Shown here piece after piece: positions 16,893 to 24,000 of a stretch of 24,000 nucleotides of DNA. Every line of letters begins with the position of its first letter. The stretch's first letter is position 1. Location: NCBI GenBank assembly GCA_029688825.1, contig JARUKX010000013.1, positions 7,789-31,788 on the forward strand, in the 5' to 3' direction. The notes beneath the pieces are model-generated. The model did no database searches, was not told the DNA's origin, and saw nothing but the letters and a program-made list of their open reading frames with translations. Position numbers and translations under genes: made by a program. Origin of the DNA: Haloarculaceae archaeon H-GB1-1 (GTDB taxonomy: Archaea > Halobacteriota > Halobacteria > Halobacteriales > Haloarculaceae).

Positions 16893-17756
16893 ATGGGCTA
16901 CGAATACACCGGCGACGCACATCGCCGACTCGTCGCGTCCTACGCGGCCGACGAGGACCCTTTCAAAGAGCACGCGGGGGCGAACTTTCCGCCCCGGGAC
17001 CACATGCGCAAGGAGGTCGCCGTCCTGAAGCGACTGCTCTTTCCCACCTGCTGGAACGCCGAGGACCTGCTCGATAACGAGGAGCGGACGCTCGCGAAGC
17101 TGAACAAGCTCGGGCGGCTCTACTGTGCCGGCATCGACCCCTACGCGGAGGGCAACTCGAAGGAGATCGTCGACAGCGTCATCGACGACCTCCCGGACAT
17201 CCGCGACGCGCTACAGAAGGACGTCGAGGCGGCCTACAAGGGCGACCCTGCCGCCAAGAGCTACACGGAGATCATCCGGTCGTACCCCGGCTTTCACGCC
17301 ATCATGGTCCAGCGAGTCGCCCACGCCATCTACGAGGCCGGTGCCTCCGAGTACGCTCGCGAGTTGACGGAGTACGCCAAGACCGAGACGGGCATCGACA
17401 TCCACCCCGGCGCGGACATCGGCGAGTACTTCTTCATCGACCACGGGACCGGCGTCGTCATCGGCGAGAGTGCGACCGTCGGCGACTGGGCGCGGATCTA
17501 CCAGAACGTGACGCTCGGCGCGCTGCACTTCGAGGCGGAAGAGGACGAGGAGCACATGCTGAAGAAGGGGTACAAGCGCCACCCCGACATCGGCGACCAC
17601 GTCGTCATCGGCGCGGGCACCAACATCATGGGGCCCATCTCCATCGGCGACCACGTCAGCATCGGCGCGAACTCCTGGATCACAGACGACATCCCGGACA
17701 ACACGACGGTGTACATCTCCGACCACCCCGAGCAGGAGCGCAAGCAGAACGACTAG
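16893..17756 (+). CDS. cysE: Serine O-acetyltransferase (long form with acidic loop insertion)
   Basis: 287 aa. GIDIHPGADIGEYFFIDHGTGVVIGESATVG signature and hexapeptide repeats (HVVIGAGTNIMGPISIGDHVSIGANS). Confidence 0.9.
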   Translation: MGYEYTGDAHRRLVASYAADEDPFKEHAGANFPPRDHMRKEVAVLKRLLFPTCWNAEDLLDNEERTLAKLNKLGRLYCAGIDPYAEGNSKEIVDSVIDDLPDIRDALQKDVEAAYKGDPAAKSYTEIIRSYPGFHAIMVQRVAHAIYEAGASEYARELTEYAKTETGIDIHPGADIGEYFFIDHGTGVVIGESATVGDWARIYQNVTLGALHFEAEEDEEHMLKKGYKRHPDIGDHVVIGAGTNIMGPISIGDHVSIGANSWITDDIPDNTTVYISDHPEQERKQND

Positions 17757-17763
17757 CCAGCGG

Positions 17764-18696
17764 TCACTCCGAGAGCTCCGCCGCTGCGAGGTCGCGAACG
17801 GCCTGGGAGACGGCGACGAGCTTCCCGCTGGGGAGGTCCCTGCCGGGTTCCAGCGGTCGTCGGTTCACGACGAACACGTCCGTGTACTTGTCGTAGAGGA
17901 TGGAGTTCAGCGCCCGCAGGATGCGCTCGTCCAGCCAGAACCCCTCGGCCACGAACCCATCGGCCACGACCTCTAGCAGCGCCTGCTCGACGTCGTTCTC
18001 GTCCGTCTCCGTCGCCAGCAGTCGCTCGTAGGCCTCCACCTCCGCCGCCGCCGTCTGATAGAGCGGGTCGGATTCGTCCAGCGTCTCCGTCCGGGCCTCC
18101 CACTGCTCGATCTCCTGTTCGTACACGTGCGTGCCCTCCAGGCTCGGTGCCGTCTCGGGACTTTCGAGATATCGTTCGGCCAGTCTGATGACCCGGTTCT
18201 TGAAAGCGTCGATCGAGGCGAGTAGCGACGCGTACTCCTCGCTCTCGGCCAGTTCGGCGTCGGTCTTCTCGGCTTCGAGCGCGGTCACCTTCGCGGCGTT
18301 TGCGAAGTACTCTCGCGTGTCCGGGCCGGCCGCGTCGACGCCGAGCAACCGTTCGACGACGGCCCGGAGATCGTCCTTCTCCACCGGTTTCGTGACGTAG
18401 TCGTCGAACCCCATCTCGACGATGTCGAAGTCCGGGTCGACGGCCGACACCATGGCGACGCGCGCGTCCGAGCCGTCCGACCGGATTCGGTCGAGGAACT
18501 CGTCGCCCGAGAGGCCGGGGAGTCGTCGGTCGAGGAGGACGACCGCCACGGTGTCGTCCATGGCTTCGAGTGCTTCCTCGCCGGAGTACGCCGTTCGGAC
18601 CTCGTAATCGTCGGAGAGCCAGAGCGTGAAGAGATCGGCCAGCTCTCGCTGGTCTTCGACGACCAGCACGACCGGCGGAGAGCCACTGGTTGTCAT
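17764..18696 (-). CDS. Response regulator: receiver + HalX-type helical domain + uncharacterised C-terminal domain
   Basis: 310 aa. REC motifs VLVVEDQ, VVLLDRRLPGLSG and a conserved Lys in YVTKP. A coiled, acidic middle segment follows, then a C-terminal ~95 aa with no motif I recognise. Confidence 0.85.
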   Translation of the reverse strand: MTTSGSPPVVLVVEDQRELADLFTLWLSDDYEVRTAYSGEEALEAMDDTVAVVLLDRRLPGLSGDEFLDRIRSDGSDARVAMVSAVDPDFDIVEMGFDDYVTKPVEKDDLRAVVERLLGVDAAGPDTREYFANAAKVTALEAEKTDAELAESEEYASLLASIDAFKNRVIRLAERYLESPETAPSLEGTHVYEQEIEQWEARTETLDESDPLYQTAAAEVEAYERLLATETDENDVEQALLEVVADGFVAEGFWLDERILRALNSILYDKYTDVFVVNRRPLEPGRDLPSGKLVAVSQAVRDLAAAELSE

Positions 18697-18766
18697 CTCA
18701 CGCTACCTATTCCGCAGACGTCGTTAACGTTTGTGTCCGTCCCGAGGGGGCTGGGCGACGGTCGGC

Positions 18767-21700
18767 TCACGAGTGCCTGTCCACGAACGTCATCGTCACC
18801 ACGCTTCCCCGGGGGTCGTTCGACCCGAAGGAGAGCGTCCCGTTCGACCGGCTGACGATCCACGTGGCGAGCCAGAGACCGAGGCCGCTGCCGTGGTAGA
18901 GCGGTTCGATGGGGCGGTCGCCGAGGACGACCTCCCGTTCGATCTCGGGGATGCCGGGCCCGTCGTCGCGAACGGCGACTTCGACCGCGTCCGGGTCGGC
19001 GGTCAGTTCGACGCTGATGGTCGGCGTCTCCCGGTCGGAGTGCTCGACGGCGTTCTCGACGAGTTCCGTCAGTGCCTCGTCGATAGTGTGGGACACGACC
19101 GCGGTCGCGCCGGCGGGTGCGTCGATCTCGATGATGGCGTGTGGATGGCGCTTCCGAGCCCGTTCGACGACGTCGTGAGCGGCCTCTGACAGGTCGATTC
19201 GCTCCCGCATCGGCTCCGAGGAGAGGAGCTCTGTGATGGCCTTCTCTTTGTCCGTGACGTCGAGGAGATGGTCGCACTGAGCGATGACCCGGTCGGCGTA
19301 CGCCGAGAACGGGTCCGGTGCTTCTTCACTGACTGTCTCTGCGTACCCGCGGATGACGTTCATGTCGTTGTGGAAGTTGTGTCGTAACACGGTGTCGAGG
19401 ACGCGCAACTGCTGGATGCGCTCCTCGCGAGCCGTGACGTCGATCGAGACGCCGATCATCGTCCGCCCGCCGTCCTCGTCGTCCGTTCGAACGGTCCCGC
19501 GCCCGTCGATCCAGCGCTCGACGCCGTCGGCCCGAACGATGCGGTAGGTCATCGCGAACGGGCGTCCCTCCTCGAGGGTGGTCTGGATAGCGGCCTGTAC
19601 CTCCGCTCGGTCGTCGGGGTGGACGTACCCCATGAAGGCGTCGACCGTCCCCTCGAACGCGCCACGTTCGAGTCCGAACAGGCGCTCGCACGTGCTGTCC
19701 CAGTGGACGTCTTTCTCGCCGACGGTCCACTCCCAGATGCCCGCATCAGCCGCTTCGAGCGCGAACGTCCGACTCGCGTGGGTCTCCTGGAGCGCTCGTT
19801 CGTACTGGACGCGTTGGGTGACGTCGCGGATGCTGTACAGTCTCGAGCCGTTCTGGATGGCGACGGACGTGACGGTCACGAGGACGGTGTGGTCCGTTCC
19901 GTCGGCGTCGGTCACGACGAGTTCGACGTTCTCGACGACGTCCCCGTGACCGAACTCGTCGGGGGCCGGGTCACTCCCGAGGATCTCCGCGACGGAATCC
20001 ATCGCCTCGACCTCCGCAGCCGAGTACTCGAAGATGTAGTGGACGTTCGGACAGACGTAGGTGAACCGTCCGTCGTCGTCCGTGATGAACACCGTGTCGG
20101 TGATGTTGTTCAGCGTGGTTCGGTGAAGCTCCTCAGATTGCTCGAGTTCTCGCTGAAGCCGTTTCTGCTCGGAGATGTCCGCCATCGACGCCACGGCGAA
20201 CTCGACGTCGCCCTCCGTCGAGCGCGTCGGTGCGACGTTGACCGACAGCCATACCGTCTCGCCGTCGGGACCTTCGACGCCGAGTTCGGAGCCGAAGACG
20301 GCCTCGCCGGTACGCATCGCGACCGAGAACGGGAGGTCCTCGCTCGGAATGGGCGTGCCGTCCTCGTCGACGATGTTCCAGTCCGTCTCGTCGTAGGCTC
20401 GACCCGCGATCTCCGACCGTGGGAGGCCGAGCAGCTCTTCGGCACGCTTGTTCGCCTGGACGATGGTCCCGTCGGTGTCGAGGACGGTCTTCGCGACGGG
20501 GCTGGTGTCGAACAGGTGCTGGACGAACTGATGTTCCGTCGACAGCGCGCGCTCGATCTGCTTGCGACCGCTCACGTCCCGGGCCGTGACGACCATGCCC
20601 TCGATGGCCGGGTGGTCGACGTACCCTCGGCTTGCGGCTTCGAGCCACCGCCAGTCGCCGTCGGCGTGTCGGAACCGATAGGTGACGCGAGTGGTCTCTT
20701 CGAGCCCCGTCAGCGCCTCGTCGAGGGCGTCGACGAGCTCCCCCTGGTCGTCCGAATGGACGTAGTCGAGGACGTCCTCGCCCACCATGTCGGCCGGTTC
20801 GTACCCCAGCATCTCCGTCACGGCCGACCCCAGGTAGGCGAATCGGCCATCGCCGTCGATGACCGTCACCAGATCGCTGACGTTCTCCAGAAACGCCTCG
20901 CGTCGTTCGAGTTCGCGTTCGCGGCGCTTCCGGTCCGTCACGTCCTGCACGGCCCCGCGAAGCGCGACGATCGCACCGTCGCGTTCGATGGCGTCACCAC
21001 GCGCTCTGACCCACCGCTCGTCGCCGGTGGCCGTCTCGAACCGGAGTTCGACGTCGAAGGCCTCCCCGAAGTCCCGGCAGCGCTCGACCGCACGGCGCAT
21101 CGTCTCGCGGTCGTCGGGGTGGTAGAACCCGATGGCATCGTCGAGCGTCGGATCGGAGTCGTCGTCGACCTCGTGAAGACGGCGCGCGCCCGTCGACCAC
21201 CACACAGAGTCCGTCTCCGCGTCGAGCACCCAGCCACCGATGTCGGCCAACTCCTCCATGTCGTCCAGGAGGAACTGCAAGCGCTCGCTCTCGCGTTCTC
21301 GTTCCCGCTGCTCGGTGGCGTCTCGGCAGATGAGTATCGTCGCCGGGTCGCCATCCCAGTCGATTCGCGCGGCCGTCACCTCGACGGGCGCGGATTCCTC
21401 ACCCGCTCGCGTCATCGAGGTTTCGACGCGGTCCAGCGTCCGTGATCCCGACTGGATGCTCGCGAGCAGGTCGGACGTGACCCCGGCCTGGAACGAGTCC
21501 GCGGCCACGGTACCGTCCAGGGCTGTCCGGTCCTCCGCGCCGAGGAGGGTCACGGCAGCCGCGTTGAGGTGGACGAAGCGACCGTCTCTGACGATGGCGA
21601 CCGCGTCCGGAACGGCGTCGAGCAGCGTCCGGGCGCGGGCCTCGGTCTCGACGAGGCCGGACCGGGTGCGGGCGTACGCGACGGCGCTGACGACGAGCGA

Positions 21701-22066
21701 GCTGAGCCGCACCCACTCGTCGTCGGCGCGCTGCTTGACGAGGTAGTCCGTCACACCGGCCGAGATGGCACGGCTCGCGATCTCCTCGGAGCCCTCGCTG
21801 GTGAACAGGATGAACGGGAGCGTCGGCGATTGGGCCCTGATCGCCTGGAGGAAGGCGAGACCGTCGGTGTCCGGCAGGTCGTGGTCGCTCACGATACAAT
21901 CCACGTCGTCCGTCGCGAGCGTCGATAGCGCGTCACCGACGGTGCTGGTCGTCGTGACGCCGATGCCGGCGTCGGCAGCGAGTTCCTCGGAGACGATGCT
22001 CGTGTACTCCTGATCGTTACTGACCACGAGCAGATGTATCGGGTCGTCCGTCGGAACCGAACCCAT
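18767..22066 (-). CDS. Hybrid sensor histidine kinase: N-terminal receiver, about six PAS/PAC domains, HisKA/HATPase core
   Basis: 1099 aa. REC (LLVVSND..., CIVSDHDLPDTDG, YLVKQ). Six PAS-like blocks, each ending in an (R/K)-rich linker (DATEQRER, DVTDRKRRE, DVSGRKQIE, DISEQKRLQ, DVTQRVQYE, DVTAREERI). H-box LRHNFHNDMN, N-box ELVENAVEHS, DDGPGIP, GSGLGLWL. Confidence 0.9.
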   Translation of the reverse strand: MGSVPTDDPIHLLVVSNDQEYTSIVSEELAADAGIGVTTTSTVGDALSTLATDDVDCIVSDHDLPDTDGLAFLQAIRAQSPTLPFILFTSEGSEEIASRAISAGVTDYLVKQRADDEWVRLSSLVVSAVAYARTRSGLVETEARARTLLDAVPDAVAIVRDGRFVHLNAAAVTLLGAEDRTALDGTVAADSFQAGVTSDLLASIQSGSRTLDRVETSMTRAGEESAPVEVTAARIDWDGDPATILICRDATEQRERERESERLQFLLDDMEELADIGGWVLDAETDSVWWSTGARRLHEVDDDSDPTLDDAIGFYHPDDRETMRRAVERCRDFGEAFDVELRFETATGDERWVRARGDAIERDGAIVALRGAVQDVTDRKRRERELERREAFLENVSDLVTVIDGDGRFAYLGSAVTEMLGYEPADMVGEDVLDYVHSDDQGELVDALDEALTGLEETTRVTYRFRHADGDWRWLEAASRGYVDHPAIEGMVVTARDVSGRKQIERALSTEHQFVQHLFDTSPVAKTVLDTDGTIVQANKRAEELLGLPRSEIAGRAYDETDWNIVDEDGTPIPSEDLPFSVAMRTGEAVFGSELGVEGPDGETVWLSVNVAPTRSTEGDVEFAVASMADISEQKRLQRELEQSEELHRTTLNNITDTVFITDDDGRFTYVCPNVHYIFEYSAAEVEAMDSVAEILGSDPAPDEFGHGDVVENVELVVTDADGTDHTVLVTVTSVAIQNGSRLYSIRDVTQRVQYERALQETHASRTFALEAADAGIWEWTVGEKDVHWDSTCERLFGLERGAFEGTVDAFMGYVHPDDRAEVQAAIQTTLEEGRPFAMTYRIVRADGVERWIDGRGTVRTDDEDGGRTMIGVSIDVTAREERIQQLRVLDTVLRHNFHNDMNVIRGYAETVSEEAPDPFSAYADRVIAQCDHLLDVTDKEKAITELLSSEPMRERIDLSEAAHDVVERARKRHPHAIIEIDAPAGATAVVSHTIDEALTELVENAVEHSDRETPTISVELTADPDAVEVAVRDDGPGIPEIEREVVLGDRPIEPLYHGSGLGLWLATWIVSRSNGTLSFGSNDPRGSVVTMTFVDRHS

Positions 22067-22154
22067 GAATGTCTCTGTATACAGACGCGCACAGGTGGGA
22101 TAAGCCTGCTGGCGACCGACACTGGAGGTGTCCCACAGCGCCGTGAGACGAGTG

Positions 22155-22466
22155 CTAGGGCTGCGTCGTCGGTGGGTCTCGAACTGCCGTCACCTCGTAG
22201 ACGCCGTCGAGACGCGTCGGTTCGGCGGTCGCGGTCACCGACTCCCCCTCGGGAACGGGCGCGTCGGCGACGAGGGTCACCGCCTCGATGGACCGACGCG
22301 TCAGGAACGCGAGCGCCCGTTCGACCAGCGACGGTGCCCCGCCCGCGCGGCAGACGAGGACGTACCTGGACTCGGCCAGTTCCCGGAGCTCGTCGTCGAC
22401 GTCGTACTCGTCGAGGTCGGCGGGTGGGACGACGTGCACGACCTCGCCGCGAATCGTCTCGGCCAT
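22155..22466 (-). CDS. Hypothetical small acidic protein (103 aa)
   Basis: ATG at 22466. Strongly GC-biased third codon positions and acidic composition. No recognised motif. Confidence 0.6.
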   Translation of the reverse strand: MAETIRGEVVHVVPPADLDEYDVDDELRELAESRYVLVCRAGGAPSLVERALAFLTRRSIEAVTLVADAPVPEGESVTATAEPTRLDGVYEVTAVRDPPTTQP

Positions 22467-22582
22467 ACCGGCCCCAGTCGCTCGAGGGTGATGGAGGTAC
22501 CTATCCGCGACTGCTCCGGGGTGACCCAGTGTTCACCGGCGGGGTCGGGAGCGCTACGTGGCAGAATCGCTCCCGAGGGTCG

Positions 22583-23629
22583 CTACTCCTTGCCGACGAA
22601 GTGGCCCTGTTCGTCCCGTTGCTGCTTCTGTGCGGAGTGTTTGCCGCCGCGACGGCGAGCCTCCTCGGTCAGTCCCTGCTGATTCTCGTCCTGCTCGGCG
22701 TCGCTTCCGCGTCGGTTCTGTCCGGACTGGGTGTCGCGGTCCTCGGTGCCGCCGTACTGGCTCCGGTCGCCCTGCCGGGAGCCCTGACCTTGCTGGCCGG
22801 TGTGCTGCTGGCTGCCCTGCGAGACGAACCGTCCCGTCTGCGGGTCACGCGGCCGCTGCGAGGCGACGTCGTGCATCCGCTGGCGGAACTGCTGGGAGTG
22901 GCGCTGATCTTCGACGCCCTGCTGGCCCTGTTGATGGGGTTGTTGACGCTGCTGACTCTGCTGGTGTGACTGCTGACCCTGTTGACCGTGCTGGATGGGT
23001 TGGCCACCGAACTGCTGGCCCTGCTGATGGGGTTGCTGGCTCTGCTGACCCTGCTGATGGGGTTGCTGGCTCTGCTGACCCTGCTGATGGGGTTGCTGGC
23101 TCTGCTGACCCAGCTGATGGGGTTGCTGGCTCTGCTGACCCAGCTGATGGGATTGCTGACCGTGCTGGATGGGCTGGCCGCCGAACTGCTGGCCCTGCTG
23201 ATGGGGTTGCTGGCCCTGCTGATGGGGTTGCTGGCCCTGCTGGCCCTGCTGGTGGGACTGCTGACCCTGCTGGCCCTGCTGATAGGGCTGCTGCTGATAG
23301 GGCTGCTGCTGCTGATAGGGCTGCTGACTCTGTTGGCCCTGCTGGTTCTGCTGACGCTGCTGTCCCTGCTGATAGGGCTGCTGACTCTGCTGGCCCTGCT
23401 GGTGACCCTGCTGATAGGGCTGCTGACTCTGCTGGCCCTGCTGCTGGCCCTGCTGCTGCTGATAGGGCTGCTGACTCTGTTGGCCCTGCTGCTGGCCCTG
23501 CTGATAGGGCTGCTGGCCCTGCTGGCCCTGCTGGTGGGACTGCTGGCCCTGCTGGGAGTAGTGGCCGCCCTGCGCTTGGTTCGCCTGTTTCTCGCGTCGG
23601 CTGGTGTCTCGTCGGTTGTGGTGTGGCAT
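22583..23629 (-). CDS. Glutamine-rich low-complexity repeat protein with KGG-like C-terminal motif
   Basis: 348 aa from the ATG at 23629 to the stop at 22583. By hand count, 149 residues are Gln. The core (aa ~25-237) is built of QQGQQSQQP(H/Y)Q-type decapeptides. The unique C-terminal 110 codons have about 85% G/C at position 3 in this frame (hand count) and contain EEARRRGGKHSAQ. All other frames are also open here, so frame and strand are not fully settled. Confidence 0.6.
   Translation of the reverse strand: MPHHNRRDTSRREKQANQAQGGHYSQQGQQSHQQGQQGQQPYQQGQQQGQQSQQPYQQQQGQQQGQQSQQPYQQGHQQGQQSQQPYQQGQQRQQNQQGQQSQQPYQQQQPYQQQPYQQGQQGQQSHQQGQQGQQPHQQGQQPHQQGQQFGGQPIQHGQQSHQLGQQSQQPHQLGQQSQQPHQQGQQSQQPHQQGQQSQQPHQQGQQFGGQPIQHGQQGQQSHQQSQQRQQPHQQGQQGVEDQRHSQQFRQRMHDVASQRPRDPQTGRFVSQGSQQHTGQQGQGSRQGDRSQYGGTEDRDTQSGQNRRGSDAEQDENQQGLTEEARRRGGKHSAQKQQRDEQGHFVGKE
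22919..23557. repeat. Composite CTG/CAG-rich coding repeat region (15-, 21-, 30-nt units and a ~174-nt higher-order duplication)
   Basis: The block gaccgtgctggatggg(t/c)tggcc(a/g)ccgaactgctggccctgctgatggggttgctgg occurs at about 22984 and about 23158. ctgctgatggggttgctggcc occurs twice at 23195-23236. Repeated ctgatagggctgctg units span 23279-23520. Confidence 0.9.
23021..23140. repeat. 30-nt tandem repeat: three identical copies plus a fourth with one substitution
   Basis: ctgctgatggggttgctggctctgctgacc at 23021-23050, 23051-23080 and 23081-23110. At 23111-23140 the unit starts cag instead of ctg. A degenerate fifth copy follows. Confidence 0.95.
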
Positions 23630-24000
23630 CGGTCGGTCTCACCGTGTTGGATCGGGTGCGATCCGCACATCTGATTACTCAGGAACAGTTGTATGGTCAC
23701 TGCTTGCAAGTGCCAGCCAGGTGACCAGCTCGTTCACGCGACGTTGGAGCCCAATCCTATCAGATTCATACTGTATCTTCTATACGTTTCTTTATACAAC
23801 ATCGGAGTTCGGACCACGTTCGACGGAATTAGCCACTCTGGTAGGCTCTTCAGGGAATTGCCGAGTGCTCCCGGGGCAAGAGTCTGGAGGAAAGCGAATC
23901 GAGGGTTACAGTCGAGTCCGACATGAATAGGCGATTCAACCCTCTTCGACGGATTTCTCCCGCCGCTACTGCTCGGATACAGTACTCGTGGTGAAGGGGC

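Noticed and set aside
19619-21445. 608-aa plus-strand ORF
   Set aside because: It is antisense to the hybrid histidine kinase.
22034-22969. 311-aa plus-strand ORF with a hydrophobic C-terminal part
   Set aside because: The N-terminal two-thirds is Arg-rich junk antisense to the 103-aa gene. The hydrophobic tail is the codon-complement of the hydrophilic C-terminus of the Gln-rich protein. The frame is broken by TGA at 22967-22969 inside the repeat region, whereas the minus Gln frame is uninterrupted from ATG to stop.
23021-23170. The 30-nt direct repeats as a possible CRISPR array
   Set aside because: The repeats are directly tandem with no spacers, lie inside an ORF and are in phase with a decapeptide repeat. 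No cas genes are nearby.
22982-23674. 230-aa poly-leucine plus-strand ORF (LLALLMGLLALLTLL…)
   Set aside because: It is the exact codon complement (CTG versus CAG) of the Gln repeats. It needs a TTG start, runs into the AT-rich promoter region and has no non-repeat domain. It is kept as a caveat because GC3 alone cannot exclude it.
22669-23709. Minus-strand Ser/Arg-rich ORF, the Pro/Ala/Gly-rich ORF (22845..23642) and the plus-strand ADGVAGSADP ORF (22558..23724)
   Set aside because: These are alternative phases of the same stop-free repeat. The P/A/G and ADGVAG frames have poor GC3. The S/R frame relies on AGC/AGG-type codons, starts inside the low-GC upstream region and has no recognisable unique domain.
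23800-24000. Possible tRNA or other structured RNA gene in the low-GC tail
   Set aside because: I could find no cloverleaf, T-loop (GTTCRAATC) or anticodon-arm pattern. Only a generic stem was found, and that is reported as a low-interest finding.

Overview
High-GC segment that reads as a haloarchaeal (Halobacteria-type) chromosome. Predicted proteins are strongly acidic, TATA-like boxes sit about 25-32 nt upstream of several ATGs (leaderless-type promoters), and a HalX-type response regulator is present. I support 23 protein-coding genes and found no rRNA, tRNA, CRISPR array or IS element. From left to right: a cupredoxin gene with an unresolved 5' end; gpmI; a NurA-domain nuclease and a HerA/DUF87-type ATPase split by a small opposite-strand gene; an AI-2E transporter; chrA; an HtrA protease; two USPs; a Tat lipoprotein; an alpha/beta hydrolase; a PAS histidine kinase; a four-gene RsbR/RsbS/RsbT/RsbX-like (stressosome-type) operon; cysE; a REC-HalX regulator; a REC-6xPAS hybrid kinase; a small acidic protein; and a 348-aa protein that is about 43% glutamine. 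The most system-like signal is the overlap-coupled stressosome-type partner-switching module. It sits in an organism without sigma factors, directly upstream of a sensor kinase. Second is the Gln-rich repeat protein, which is encoded by near-perfect CAG/CTG-type tandem repeats. Third is the split NurA/HerA-like pair. Many long ORFs in the track are antisense or out-of-frame artefacts of high GC content and are rejected. All family assignments come from reading motifs by eye; no database search was run.
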